Part shown: in pieces, positions 1 through 16,202 of the stretch
How the letters are laid out: every line of letters starts with the position of its first letter
Numbering within the stretch: position 1 is the first letter of the stretch
Assembly: GCA_951406725.2 (NCBI GenBank)
Contig: OX597817.1
Coordinates: forward strand, 171,926,001-171,990,000
Source: Octopus vulgaris
Taxonomy: Eukaryota
DNA length: 64,000 bases
Direction: 5' to 3'
The notes under the pieces: model-generated
Database searches by the model: none
Told to the model about the DNA's origin: nothing
The model's input: only the letters and a program-made list of their open reading frames with translations
Made by a program: the position numbers and the translations under genes

Positions 1-101
1 AAAGTCGACCTTGGCGGAATTTGAACTCAGAACGTAACGGCAGACGAAATACCACCAAGCATTTCACTCAGCGTGCTAATGATTCTGCCAGCTTGCCACC
101 A
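1..101 (-). mobile_element. SINE family A (tRNA-derived head), partial
   Basis: Matches the reverse complement of ggcggcgagctggcagaa...gagttcaaattccgccgaggtcgacttt seen at 29410 and 44032. Confidence 0.8.
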
Positions 102-817
102 TTCATTTTGTATTACTGTCTGTGTTTATGTCATGTCCATTCTGTGTTGCTCTAAAATTTAGTGGTGTGACATACAGAGATCGGTAAAATAAGTCCTGGG
201 ATCAATATGGCATATTAAAAATATTAAAGCATCATCACTGTCTAATAACTGAGACCAGTAAAAGAATATCTTCATACATATTAATAGGCTACAATACATG
301 CATATGTATATGTGTGTATCTTGTATACATGAATATGCATTTCAGTTTATTAATATGTATGACTGCCTGATTAATATTTATTAATATGTAAGTGCATATT
401 CGTGTGTGTATATATACGCATCTGTAAACATAATCTGGTTTTAAAGACTAAATAGATGTGTTGAAGCTATTAACCTATTGATAATGAAATAAACTAATAC
501 AAGTGCATAAGTACATATTTTAGTTTAATTATCTGTATGACAATGCATTAATATGTATTAATATTTATGTGTGGTGTACTTATGTGCATATATATATATA
601 TCTATGAACATAACACATTGTTTCAAAGACGACTCAATGGCTGGATGTTTAAGTTATTAACTCAAAGGCAATAAGTTAATAACTCTGTTGTTACTATTAC
701 AGTTATGTGTTTCGAAACAAATTTTCCTACTTGCCTACAATGAATAATAATAATGATGATAATGATGATGGTGGTGGTGGTGGTTGTGGTGGTGATGATG
801 ATGATGATGATAATAAC

Positions 818-850
<33 letters not shown>

Positions 851-889
851 CGTAATAATAATGATGATGATGATGATGATGATGATGAT

Positions 890-1258
890 AACAAGAACAC
901 TCAGAGAGGGCAAACCTCTGCCAAGGTAACACCAACGTCCTCTCAACGATTAGCCAGAGATGATTTTTAAAATGAGAACATCTGAAATAAACTTGACTGC
1001 TCTCACAAACAAGAATACTGAAAATGAACCCGAACGCTCTCAAAAATTAAGTAGAAAAAAAAAACAGAAAAATAATCCAGAATCCTTGTCCGGTACTGCA
1101 TCGATCCCAAAATCTAATCAGTTCATGCCAATCACGAGGCCAAACATCCCTGAAAGTTTCATCTGAATCCATCCAGCGGTTCTTGAGATACTTTGTCCAT
1201 GCACAATCAAACACGGCTGAAAACAATACCTCTGCCTTCGCTAAGGCACAGGTAATAA
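890..1258 (-). mobile_element. Helentron-associated non-autonomous element (HINE/DINE-1-like architecture)
   Basis: One end TTATTACCTGTGCCTTAGCGAAGGCAGAGGT forms a hairpin; subterminal repeat ACCTCTGCC recurs near 915-922; small terminal stem CTCTCTGAG; T-rich termini. Confidence 0.65.
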
Positions 1259-2722
1259 CAACAACAACAACAACAATTATTTCTGATTTAGGTTCAAGGT
1301 CAACAATTTTGAATGGAAAAGGTTAGTCAATACCATTGACTCCAGTACCAGATTGGTACTGTATTTTGTCAACCATGGAAAAGATGAAAGGCTAAGTTGA
1401 CCTCATCAGAATTTAATCTCTAATAATAATGGCTCTTCATTTTGGTACAAAGCCAACAATTCTGAGGAAAGGAGGTTAGTTGATATCATTGACCCCAATA
1501 CTTGAGTGGTACTTTACTTTATAGACCCTGAAAGGATAAAAAGTGAACTTGACTTTGACGGCATTTGAACTCAGAACATAAAAAGCCAGAAGAAATACTG
1601 TAAAGCATTTTACCCAAAGTCCCAATGATTCTACTAGCTCACTGCCATAAAAACGATGATGATAATTATGATGATGATGGTGATGATGATGATGATGATG
1701 AGGAGGAGGAGGAGGGGAAAATACCATTCCTTTTCTTTTATAAAATATCAGCTCCATCAATTTGCATAAACATGTAAGTTTCTAAATTTTCAAAAATATC
1801 ATCAAATTCATGCATAGAATAGGACCACATAATATAACATTGTGAAATAAAGTTTTCCCCTTAATATCACAAATGTCTCTGTAAGCTAAGAAGATTACTA
1901 AATAGATGGGAGTTGAACTAGTTCCTTCCTTTAAATAGATCTTGTGTCAGTTTTGGTGATAAGTGTTCAAGGTGTTCAACCAAGTAAACTTATCTATTTA
2001 TTGAAATATAATGTAAAGTGAAAGTGTAATTCCAATGTAATTTTTATAGAGAATCAGTATGACAAATGTATAACAAATTTAGGTGAAGTATAATAGGATT
2101 GAACTTGTGAGCTCATGATAGTGAAGCAAACTATTTAAACATTTAGCCACTCTAGAAAGTTTCAGTTCCCTTCTACACATTTTGAAAGGAAATTATTCAT
2201 TAGCAGACACCTTCCTGGCAGTTAGGTACAACAAGGCAGAAAAAAATGAGGTCTCTTTCTTCATATCTTTGGCACCATCAGTTTTCAATTATTTTAATCC
2301 TTCTGATGCAAGCCTGTTGAGTCCATCTCTGGTTATATGATACAAATTTCCTGTTTAAAGTGATCTAAATTAAAATCTTCCATTAAAAATTTCATGTTAA
2401 TTTACGTTCCAAATATCAGCTTAATTATTCTTTTTATCATCAGCATTTTGAAATTTTGTAAGAAGGATGTAGTTGATTGATTGACCCCCCAGTACACAAC
2501 TGGTACTTATTTTGCCTATGCTAAAAGGATGAAAGACAAAGTAAGTCTTGGAGGGATTTGAACTCTGAATGTAAAGAACCTGAAGAAATGCCACTAAGTA
2601 TTTGGTCTGATGTCCTAACGATTCTGTCCACTTGCTGCTGTTTTTCCAGCTTCCGAGCTAAATTATGATCGTTATTTTGCTAAATACTTCATTAATTTAC
2701 AGACATTAATTGAAACGAAGAT

Positions 2723-3368
2723 TCTTTTATTCTTTAACTTGTTCCAGTCATTTGACTGTGGCCATGCTGGAGCACTGCCTTGAAGGGCTTTAGTTGAACA
2801 AATCAATTACCGTCACTTAGCGGTTCGGCAAAAGAGACCGATAGAATAAGTACTGGGCTTACAACGAATAAGTCCCGGGGTCGATTTGCTCGACTAAAGG
2901 CGGTGCTCCAGCATGGCCACAGCCAAATGACTGAAACAAGTAAAAGAGTAAAAGAGTAAAAAGAGAGTACCTAGACTTATTTTTTAAGCCTAGTACTTAT
3001 TCTATCAGTCATTTTTGCTGGACCATGAGTTACAGGTATGTGAACATACCAGCACTAGTTGTCAAGTGGTGATGGGAGGACAAACACAGACACAGAGGCA
3101 CACACACATAAAATATACATACATACATACATACATACATACATACATACATACATACATACATACATACATACATACGTACACACACACACACACATAT
3201 ATATATGGCAGTCTTCTTTCAGTTTCCATCTACCAAATCCACTCACAAGGCTTTGGTCAGCCTGGAGCTGTAGTAGAAGACACTTGTTCAAGGTTCCATG
3301 CGGTAGAACTAAACTCAGAACCATGTGGTTGGGAAGCAAGTTTCTTACCACACAGCCACACCTGCGCC
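2723..3368 (-). mobile_element. SINE family B (tRNA-derived, internal microsatellite) with a nested inverted 3' fragment of the same family (about 2812-2967)
   Basis: Reverse complement of ggcgcagg.gtggctgtgtggtaag...gactgaaacaagtaaaagag. Confidence 0.8.
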
Positions 3369-3959
3369 TAACGGTGATGAAAGGGTTAATCTGATCAGCA
3401 GTTTTAACTATCATGAAATTTTATTTATAACACATTTTCTTTCCATCAAAATCAAAATCAAGATATATGCATATAATATATGGTACTGACTAACCCTTTC
3501 CCCTCAAAACTATCGATCTCATTCCAAAATTATTTATAATATTCAGATGAAAATATTTTCGGAGCCTCATCAGGATTAGAACTCAGAGTACAGGGCATTA
3601 GAACATATACTGCTAAGAATTCCACCTGATGCTATAATGACCCTTTCCAATTTGCCACTACACAACACCTTAATGAGCTACTTATTAATCAGAATGTTTT
3701 GGTTGTTTTTGTTTAACCCCAGGTGAGCCCTGATGAAGGAGACCTATGATCAATAGGCATTCCAGCTATGACCACTCCATTACATTGTTTTTTGAGACAG
3801 TTCATGTAGGATCATATTACTTCATGTGATCATTTTTGTGAAAGAAAGGATGATGTTATTTCAGGGAGACTTGACTGCTACATTTAGCATGCTGAGTGAT
3901 CACATAAAGGCCCTACCCCCTGTCAGCACATGAATTATTGTTGTTGTTATTGTATATCA

Positions 3960-4380
3960 CTTGTGGTCTACCTCTATGTCTCCTGCCGGTTGGTTTGCCT
4001 TGAAGAATCTTGCCATGATACCCTTTCCTTTGTAATTCCAAACATGTCTGTAGCACCAGCACTGTGACCCCTCCACAAGGGAAAGTAGTGGCTCAACCTG
4101 GATACACTCACTGAGCTATGCAACCTGTCGGGTAACGTAACTCCAGAGATCCTCATTTCAGCCAAAGGAACATCATTTTGGCCATAGGAACCCCATAGTA
4201 ATCACACTCTTTTAATCAGTACCCAACATTCATGCTCACAGGTAAGGCACACTTGAGAATCTAATAGAACAGTTTAAGGGTAGTTACCTCTGAAAGGACC
4301 CTGTGGAAAGAGGTAGCTGCAGAATCTACCCCACCACAGCTCTCCCAGAATCAGAAGGCAATGAAAATGGATGGCCTGAT
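3960..4380 (-). mobile_element. Degraded RTE-like LINE, C-terminal ORF fragment
   Basis: Remnants AEMRISGVTL.DRL and a terminal R.RGRP-like motif in broken frames. Confidence 0.55.
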
Positions 4381-4520
4381 GGTTATTATTGCATTTTTAC
4401 TTCTTTTTGTCCTTATTTCACCATTTTTCAATGGGAAAATAAATAGTATGTGAAACTTTTAATACTACTTTCTATTAAGTTTTCAGTTATATGTCCATTA
4501 GAGCCTCAAACATAATGCTT

Positions 4521-4910
4521 TGCAGGTGTGGCTGTGTGGTAAGAAGTTTGCTTTCTGATCACTTGGTCTTGGGTTCAGTCCCATTGCATAGTACCTTGGG
4601 TAGATGTCTTCCACTATAGCCTTTGTGAATGAATTTGGAAGACATAAACTGTGTGGAAATCTGTCGTATGTAAGAGTGTGTGTGTATGTGTGTGTGTATG
4701 TGTGTGTGTGTGTGTGTAAATGTGTTTGTCTTATGTTTGTCCCCACAACCACCACTTGACAGCCAGTGTTGGTTTGTTTACGTCCCCATAACTTGGTGGT
4801 TTAGCAAAAGAGACAAATAGAATAAGCACCAGGCTTTAAAATAAGTAGAGGTGTTGATTTGTTTGACTAAACCCTTCAAGGTGGTGCTCTAGCATGGCCA
4901 CAGTCTAATG
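4521..4910 (+). mobile_element. SINE family B
   Basis: gcaggtgtggctgtgtggtaag...gggttcagtccc...agcatggccacagtc. Confidence 0.8.
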
Positions 4911-5284
4911 TCTCTAGACTGCTGTAATTGACTCCAGTACTGAACTGATTTTCAGTTACATCAACTCCAGAAGGATGAAAAGCAACATGGATCTAATGAG
5001 TGTTTGAACTCAGAACTTAAATCGACATAACTAAAATACTACAGAACATTTTTTAACAGTACTTAACTGGTGTTCTATTATATCAACCCTTGAAGGATGA
5101 AAATCATTTTTGACCTCAATTGTGTTTGTACTCAGAACTAAAAGACTCATAACTACAACGCTGTGGGACACTTCTAGCAATTCTGCTATGGTCTAATCTA
5201 ATCAGTATTTGAATTCAGAACTTAAAGGGACATAACTGAAATACTAGAGAACATTTTTTTTTATCGAAATCAAAAATGGAAATT

Positions 5285-5716
5285 GTAGCTGTGGCCTATG
5301 CCAGTACTGCCTGATTGGCTCCCGTGCTGGTGGCACGCAATAAGCACCATACATGTGTGGGTCGTTGCCAGTGCCGCCTGACTGGCTCCTGGTGCTGGTA
5401 GAACGTAAAAAGCGCCTTCCGAACGTGGCCGATGCCAGCCTGCCACCCCACCCCGACTGGCTCCTGTGCCGGTAGCACGTAAAAAGCACCATCCGAACGT
5501 GGCCGATGCCAGTGCCGCCTGACTGGCTCCCGCGCCGGCGGCACGTAAAAAACACCCACTACACTCTCGAAGGGGTAGACGTTAGGAAGGGCATCCAGCT
5601 GTAGAAACATTGCCAGATCAGATTGGTGTCTGGTGCAGCCATCTGGTTCACCAGTCCCCAGTCAAACCGTCCAACCCATGCCAGCATGGAAAACGGACGT
5701 TAAACGATGATGATGA
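5285..5716 (+). mobile_element. SINE-like element 3' portion with an internal ~65-bp tandem repeat and an RTE-like (GAT)n tail
   Basis: About four copies of gccagtgccgcctgactggctcc..gcacgtaaaaagcacc, then gttaggaagggcatccagc ... ggacgttaaacgatgatgatga. Confidence 0.7.
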
Positions 5717-6226
5717 AGAAGAAGGATGAAAAGCATTTATGACCTTAGTTGTATTTGAAATCAGCACCTAAAGGCTCATAATTTAAGTACTGTAGGACAT
5801 CTTTTTTTGTCCCATTAGCATTCTGGCAATTCTGCTTTGGTCTAATCTAGTTTTTATGTAATCAGAGATTTTAATGCATATCTACCTCACTACGAAGTAC
5901 TGTATAATGCAATACAACACAGTACAGACAAGCATCCTGGCTTTCGACACACAGCTTGCCTAGAATGCAACAGAAATAATTGATAAAAAGAAAAAGAAAG
6001 AAAACACCTCACCTACGTGACTAACAGATGTAATACACGCCTGAGTGTATCAGTTACAGGTGTGTTAGTTCTAGTATGACAATTAACCCCTTTAAAGGGT
6101 TTCTATCTGTTTTCTGGCTTTTCTTTCTTTCTTCTGTTTTTACGAGAGTGGTGGTAAGTGGGAGCACTATAGGAGGTGAATGGTACGTGTGTCCTTCAAC
6201 TTCTTCCCCCCCCCGCTCACTCTTTC

Positions 6227-6266
<40 letters not shown>

Positions 6267-6382
6267 ACTTTCTCTTGTTTATTTTATTTCTTCAAAGAAG
6301 TGTTTTCATAAGATCAAAGAAATAGTAGAGACAGGTACGCGCGTGTGACTCTAGCGACAAATATGGTTGGATGCTAGCGTGC

Positions 6383-6453
<71 letters not shown>

Positions 6454-6838
6454 CGAATTTATAGCTAGTTCAGAGTTCAACAGCATATTTTTCTATCACC
6501 GTTACTTAATTATTATTATATAAGAGATTATTACCATCATCATCATCATCATCATCATTATTTAAAGTATATGGTTTCTGTCAGATGAAAGCAGCAGCAG
6601 CAGCAGCGACAATAACAACAACAACAACAACAGGAATGATTAATAAATAACAACTGTTAACTACCGATGCCCTGTTATTTAATTAATCCACCTAAATTGT
6701 ATGTTTCATCAAATGTCTCTGTTGTTGTTGTTGTTGATGTTATTTTCTTGCAGAGCAACCAACCTCGATATGTCACATAGGAATGGAGGGTTTTTTTTTC
6801 ATTGTTTTGTTTATTTTTTTATTTTTTTATTTTATTGA

Positions 6839-6893
<55 letters not shown>

Positions 6894-8096
6894 TTATATT
6901 TTCCAAGAAGTGTCAAGTTCACTTGCAGTCTACAAGTTTCAGTGGCATCATTTGGAAACCGATACTTTCCGATAAATAGCTATGATGATAGGGGAGACAG
7001 AAAGAGAGAAGGAGAGAGAGAGAGAGAGAGAGAAGGAGAGAGAGAGAGAGAAGGAGAGAGAGATGGAAGAAGAGAGAGGAAGGAAGATAAAGGGCGAGAG
7101 GAGAAAGCATTAGAGAAGCACTGTGCATCATTGACGATGAAGATGACGATGATGATGACGATGATAATGATGATGATATGAATAATGATGATGGTGACGA
7201 TAGTGATGATGATGATAATAAAAAATAACAACAACAACAGTAACCAACAGCAATGCTTATTCGACTGCTGAGGGTATTTCAGAATAACGGAGAACAAGTA
7301 TTGGGTTGGGGGGTGGGGTGGAAACAGAAGGGTGTGTAGTGGTGGAGGTGGGGGGTCGGGGATTAAAAATAAAAATAAACAATAAAAAAAAATTCCGGGG
7401 ATTAATTCTGACGGAGAATTCGATCGATGTGGCGGTGGTGGTGGCGGTGGTGGTGATGGTGATGGTGGTGACGGCGGCGAAGGTGATGGTGGTGGTGGTG
7501 GTGGCGGTGGTGGATGACAGGGCCGCTGTTGTTGTTATTGTTGTTGTTTGTAAAGGTGGATGGAGGAGGTGGGGGTTGTGATGATAGGCTGTTATTTAGT
7601 ACAAAGCTACTAACGGTGATCCGATCCCGATCCGATCCGATCAGATCCGATCGTGGTGAAAAAGATGCCCTAATTTTTTCTCTCATTTATTGACAAATCT
7701 TGTCAATCTTTCCATATTGCAACATGTAAGCTTGGTCACATGACTCGCCCCGGCGAGAATGAAGTGAAAGCGACTCACCCCATGTGACAAAACGACTTCT
7801 GGAGCAATAACAACAACAACGACAACTACAACTACAACACCGATAGCAACACAAGGGAGATGCTCAATTTGATAGCTCGATTTGCTAAAACATATAGACG
7901 TTAAATCACCCTCAAATCACACCTTATCGTAAAAAAAAAAAAAAAACACCCCAAAAAAATTCGTAAAGGAAAAAGTAGAAATGGAAATTTGATTTGTACC
8001 GTTTCTGCCAAGTATTCTTAGATAGCCATATACAAACCTATACACACACAGACACACACACACACATATTCACACACGCACACAGAAGGAAAAATA

Positions 8097-8237
8097 CCTA
8101 TTTCTTTACTACCCACAAGGGGCTAAACACAGAGAGTTCAAACAAGGACAGGCAAACGGATTAAGTCGATTATATCGACCCCAGTGCGTAACTGGTACTT
8201 ATTTAATCGACCCCGAAAGGATGAAAGGCAAAGTCGA
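8097..8237 (-). mobile_element. SINE family A, 3' fragment
   Basis: tatttctttactacccacaaggggctaaacac...aaaggcaaagtcg. Confidence 0.8.
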
Positions 8238-8934
8238 AAAATACAGACTGGATGATCATAACAGGAATGTCTGGTTTATAGGTGTACCGGATCAGAATTT
8301 GACCTGAGATTAAAGAGTATCATCCAGAGAAGAACATGGAAGACACGTGTTCGTCACCTCATTACTCGCCCTTGTCGCAATATTAGCAGACATTATTATA
8401 GTTAGTCAATGTGTTTATTAATTAATAAATAATAATAATGATTATCATTATTACTCTTAATTTTATTATTATTATTATCGTTATCAGTAGTTGTATCTTT
8501 ATCAGGAATAGCAGGAGTGGTAATAACACTGTTGAGGGTCGGAATATGGGGTTTTTGGGATCCTCACAGCCAAATTCATTGACAATTAGGATTTTGAAAT
8601 ACCTCGATAGGTTTACATTAGTCCTTCACCCCTTTTCATTAAGGTTACGTTCAACAAGGTGTAAAATAAACAAGAAACAAATAGATAATTAAATAAACAG
8701 CCCAGTTTTCTTTTTTCCTTCTCCATGATTTTCGTATTCATGTGAAGAACAGATGAGTGAGAGGTGTCGACCGTTCCAATCAACCATGCATAATATACGA
8801 GTCTCGCAGTTACATAAATTACACTTCAATTTCACTGTTATTCTTTCGCGTGCGTGAGTGCGTGTGTGATTGTGCGTTTTTTTGTTTTTTAGTCGGAATT
8901 AAAAACGTGCGTGTGTGTGTTTGTGTGTAAGATG

Positions 8935-8975
<41 letters not shown>

Positions 8976-9091
8976 TGATAATACACACGCGCGCATACAC
9001 ACAAATATTTAAAAGGAAATTTTGTAGAGACATTTGTTCCAACGCAATTCATTGCAGAAAACCATACACACACAGACACACACACATATAC

Positions 9092-9144
<53 letters not shown>

Positions 9145-9155
9145 GGTGTGTATAT

Positions 9156-9191
<36 letters not shown>

Positions 9192-9269
9192 CTGATATTT
9201 CCGTAAGAAAATTGAAATACCTCCCTTCGTTCACCAAAGAATTAATTTAAATTTTGTTAGAAATAGGGC

Positions 9270-9307
<38 letters not shown>

Positions 9308-9397
9308 GGTAGGTAGATAGATACAGAGATAAAGCTATAGATGTGTATTCGTACAGATAGAGAAATCGATAGATAGACAGATGTGCACACACACATA

Positions 9398-9433
<36 letters not shown>

Positions 9434-9616
9434 TGTATGTATGTATGTATATACATAGAGAAACAGCTTTAGATTGGTTCAATATGGTGTAACTACACAA
9501 CACAGACGAAATAGAATGGCTCCATACACAGTGTATATTTGTTATATATGGCTCTCGGTGTGTGCGTACAGACAGTGGCGTAAATTTACAAACATCACAT
9601 ACATTACGATATACAT

Positions 9617-9673
<57 letters not shown>

Positions 9674-9943
9674 ACACACACACATGTATGCATATATACA
9701 TACGTATATGATGGAGTGGGGTATGACTGTATTGGAAATCAAATACAGACTTAATATTAACGTTTGAATGAACAACATGTACCACATATAGGTTGTAAAT
9801 ATATTAACCCTATTTTCTATACTCAGCTGAGTGCCAATCTAACGACCATCTCCTGCCTATTCCTACTTCCATATACAGAGAATCCACAAACATATGTATG
9901 AAAATTTACATACATACACACATCTACCTATTCACGCATAAAC

Positions 9944-9998
<55 letters not shown>

Positions 9999-10469
9999 CA
10001 GATAGAGATAGATAGATAGATAGATAGATAGACAGATAGAGATAGATAGACAGAGATAGATAGATAGATAGATATATTAGACAGATAGATAGATAGATGG
10101 ATTGATAGATAGATAGATGGATTGATAGATAGATAGATGGATTGATAGATAGATAGATGGATAGATAGATGGATAGATAGATAGATAGATGGATAGATAG
10201 AGATAGATAGATAGATAGATAGATGGATGGATGGATGGATGGATGGATGGATAGATAAGGAGAGAAAGAGAGAGGGAGAGATGGAAGGGGTCTTTTTGAA
10301 AATGTTTATTTTGAAGACAACACAAAATTGTTCGCATTTTGTTTCTTATTAGCAGTGTTAGTTGTAGTAGTAATAATTAAATTTCATATTTCCATATAAA
10401 GTCTAGACTGGAACAATAACGCTCTTAAGTACACACATACATACACGTGCGTGTGTACGTGTGTGTATG

Positions 10470-11160
<691 letters not shown>

Positions 11161-11786
11161 TATATATACATACATACATACATACACACACAAATACATA
11201 CATACATACATACATACATACATACATACATCGACACTGTTGCATTGCCGAATAGAACCGAAGACTTGGGGCTAAGCATTCGTTCGTGCTCCATTCCTGT
11301 CAATATGGTCTGTTGATTCCGTCCAGACTTTATCTTTGGCTACTGTTGATTCACATTATTATGAAGGCAATTCATGTTGCAAGTGACAACCATCTCCTTG
11401 TCTCTCTCTCTGTCTCTGTCTCTCACTTATATGTTCTACATATAATTACATTCAATGAAACGAATTTGGCTTCGACATGTTCAATTATATGTATACAGTA
11501 GCAGAAAGGAAAATGTGTAGAAATAAGAAAGATCTTTAGATTTTTGTATGTTACGATCAAGGTAACGTATTTGTTATTTATGACAAATGTATAATGTCAG
11601 TCGGTATCAATAAAAATAATGGTAATATAACAATAATAATTTCTTTTTTATTGGCAAGAAGGACCCAGGCGTTAAGAGAAAATGGGGGAAAAAACTCATA
11701 ACAAACACTGATGGATTTCCATCAAGGAAAAAACATGGATGAGACCAACAATGAATGAGTAACAATAATGTAGATTGCTATAATTA

Positions 11787-11839
<53 letters not shown>

Positions 11840-12341
11840 GACGTTAATAATGAATATATTTAGTAAGAATGAAAGCCATGGGAGAAGGAGAAAGAAAAAC
11901 GCAACTGTCCATGGCAGTCGGTTTAAATGAAATGAAAATAACACGTTCACACACGATTATTTGTAATTGTAAAGGGCCATGGAAGGGATGAATGGATGGT
12001 TGATGGACCAGTTTAAGGAACCATACGTAAAATCGTAATTCAGGGACCAGAAAAAGCGTTAAAAACCAAAGAGATTACATTTTTATTCTTTCTTGGATAC
12101 GAAGATACATAAAGCTAAACAGATATATATGTGTGTGTGTGTGTATATCTATATATACACACACACATATGTAAATGTGTGTGTGTGTGTATATATAGGG
12201 AACAGGTCCTTTTTTCTTTTCTTTTCAAAACGCGCATTAAAAACACGTTTACGTTCTTACTTTCACCATTTTAAAGATTTTCCCCCCATATTTTTGAGTT
12301 CCTTCCATGCTTTCACCGCCCCCTACATACACACACACGCA

Positions 12342-12395
<54 letters not shown>

Positions 12396-12754
12396 TGTGT
12401 GTGTGTGTATATATGTCCACATGAATCTGTTGTTTATATTAAAAGTATTTTATAGAAGGGGATACATAATATCTTTATTTGCGGATAATATAAATAAATT
12501 ACAAGATTTTAATTTTCTCGTTTATTTTCGCTTTGCCTTTTTCTTCTCTCGTGCGTGTTTAATGAAAGAGATACTTAAAACAGCAAATACAACTTTCACC
12601 AGACCCTTAAATAATTATTATCAACCAATTGAGTAAATAACAGCTAATAATTACCATCATTATCACAAACATCATCGCCATAATCTTTACTATCATTATT
12701 ATTATTATCCAATATTTTAGTGCAATTATAATTGTTTAACGTGGTCTCTCTTCC

Positions 12755-12787
<33 letters not shown>

Positions 12788-12816
12788 ATATATATATATA
12801 TATATCTATCTATCTA

Positions 12817-12875
<59 letters not shown>

Positions 12876-15686
12876 GTGTCTGTCTACTAATCTGTTGATT
12901 CATCTACCTCTCCACGCACACACATTCAGTTCTCTATACCATGCCAGTTCTTATAATCATATGTTTTTGGTCTCTGCAAATAGAAACCCTTATTTCTTGA
13001 TGTAAACCATTTGTGGTTAATAAAGAAATCATCATCATCATCATCATCATCATCGTTGTTGTCGTTGTTGTTATTGCAGAATTTCTATCCCCAATGATAC
13101 GGGACAAATGGTTTCTTTTTTTTTTTTTTTTTCTTTTGAACGGTATTTAGTTACGTCCCTTTATGTTTTGAGTTCAAATCCCGTCGAGGTCAACTTTGCC
13201 CTTTCACTTATCCTTCCGGTGGTGGTAGTTATGAGGGCGGGGTAGAGAGAATAACATAAATAGCAGCCAAGTGCTTGAGATCAATTTTCTTTTTGATCGA
13301 TTATACCTTTTCAAATACAAACACACAAAATTATAATCTCGTGTCTTATTTTTCAAACCTTTTTTTTAAAAATTAAACTTGTTTTATTTTTCATAATCGA
13401 TTCCTCTGTAAAATCCAACCATTTTTTGTAATTTGTCCTTGTAATGTCTCGTTATCCATCGCCCTTGTGCCAAAATATTGAAATTATGATTATAATAATA
13501 ATAATAATTATTATTATTATGACAATTTCGACACACGCTTTTCCCGATCACGTTTTACTTGTCCTAATTTCCCTTTTGGCACCTTTGGGAAAAGTTTGAA
13601 CGCCATAAACTCCGGTTCATTTAAAATATTAGAAAAAAAAAAGCGAACCGGAAATAATAAAATACAGAACCTTCCAATATCTGTTTGAACTGGGACGAAA
13701 TGGATTTGGTGGATTGGTCACAATTGGAAAATCTTTGATCATAATGCCAGTTCGATCAGGGGTCTTAAAAGGGAAAAATAAAAACAAACAAAGAAAAAAT
13801 GGGGCACGTTTTGTCGTATTTAATCAAGAATGAACCATCTCAATCAGCATTATTATGGATGATGATAATGATAATAATAATAATACTGATCATAGTAGTA
13901 GTAGTGGCAGTAGTAGTAGTAGTAGTAGTAGTAGCAGTAGTACCAATAAAGATTAGTAATTTAGGCATGAGGCCATCAATTTTGAGTGGGGGAGTGTTAG
14001 ACGATATGTCGACCCCCCACCTCACTCCTATTCCAATACTTGACTGGTACATTATTTTATCGATACAGGGTAAGGCGGGGGGAGGGACTCATTGAAAGGC
14101 AAAGTTGGCGACAACGACGACGACGATGATGATGATGATGATGATGATAGGATAGAAGAGTTTTGAGTATGTTGGGGATAATGATAAATTCTTAGAAGCG
14201 TAATAATCTGGGGAATTATTCTGTGAATTTGTTCTGAGAGAGAGAGATTTTGTCTAATTTTCGCATATTTCTATCAGGTAAGTTCTTTTTGGTGTAGACG
14301 ACGTGATGCGAGAATCAACAGTTGTGGCAACTGCAAAACAGATTAGACAGATGCTGCTATGTTTGAAGGCTTTAAGTGACAGTGGAAGGGGAGAGTGTGT
14401 GTGTGTGTGTGTGTAATATAAACGGTAGAGAGCTTAGATGTAGCCATCGTTTGTAAAGATATAAGGGCAAGAGAGAGAGAGAGAGAGAGATGGCATGTAT
14501 ATGTACATGTATGTATGTTTGTTCTTGTGTTGAAGAGAGAGGGGGAAAGAGTGGATGTGTGTATGAGAGAGATGAAAGAGGAGGGGAGAGAATAACGAAT
14601 GAGAGAGAGAGAGAGAGAGAAGGGGAGAAGGAAGTAAACAAACAAATATGTTAAGGAATATAAGGCAAGCTATATGGAAATTTAAGGTAGACAGATGTAC
14701 GCTTACAGGGTATATATTTATAAGTATTTATATAAATACATGTTTGTGTGTTTGAGATAGAGAGAGACAGAGAGAGAGTGTGTGTATCATTAGAACATCT
14801 AAATATTTTAGGCACATTATCCAAAGATACACGTGTGGAAACAGATTGATAAATATATATCACATATATGTATGTATAAAAAAAATAATAAAAACCCAAC
14901 ACCTTAGTGGAAAAAAAGATAAAAATTGAAAGCCCAGGTGAGCCGTAAGAGTGGAGCGGAGCGAATCAAGGTGTGTGTTACTATCCAGTCTTTTAGGCGA
15001 GCATGATTCAGAAGAGGTGGGGTGGGAGTGGAAGTGGGGGTTGATAGAGTGGGAAGGGAAGTAAGAAAGAGAGAGAGAGAGAGAGAGAGAGAAGAAAGAG
15101 ACAGAGGGATAAATGGTGTATGGGGGGGAGAAGGGAAGAGAAGGAGTTTGTAGCTGAGAATTATAGGATTCTAAGAACCCTCTGAGAGAAAGTAAATAAC
15201 AACTAAATCTCTTGAAATGTCGCAAAAATTACTAAAAATGGACGGGATTGAAGAATCTTAAAACTAAATCGGTTTTTTTTTAATATATATATATATTTTT
15301 TTTTTTATGGATTACAAACAGAAATAAAATAAAAAAAATAATTGTATACATATATCTGATGTATGTGTGTGTGTGATTGATTGTGTATGTGTGTATACAA
15401 ATATATAACTGTATATTTGTTTTATACACTGTTTCATATTTAAGTATTTTTAATTCGTGTCCCACCACAGTAATTATGCACGTGTGTATATCTCTATATA
15501 CAAGTATACAACGTGTTGTTTCTTATATAATTGTATGCATCTCTGAGAGCCTTTTTCTCGAACGCGTGCGCGCGCTTGTGTGTTTATACGTGTCTGTGTA
15601 TGCGTATATTATGTGTCCGTATGTATATCCATATATATATATGTATGTACATTTATGCCGTGTGAAAAATATGTTTGGATCGATTA

Positions 15687-16082
<396 letters not shown>

Positions 16083-16202
16083 TTATTACAACACTTGTAC
16101 ACATAGATGCTCGACTGTACCCCGGTGCAACAACACCCGTGTGGCTAGCTAGCAGCAGTAGATTGCAGTCGAAAGCCGATGGAGAACACACACATTTGCA
16201 TC

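Noticed and set aside
5295-5560. CRISPR-like repeat/spacer appearance (also at 10475-11160 and 30797-31512)
   Set aside because: Eukaryotic context, no cas genes, and spacers are not unique; these are tandem repeats
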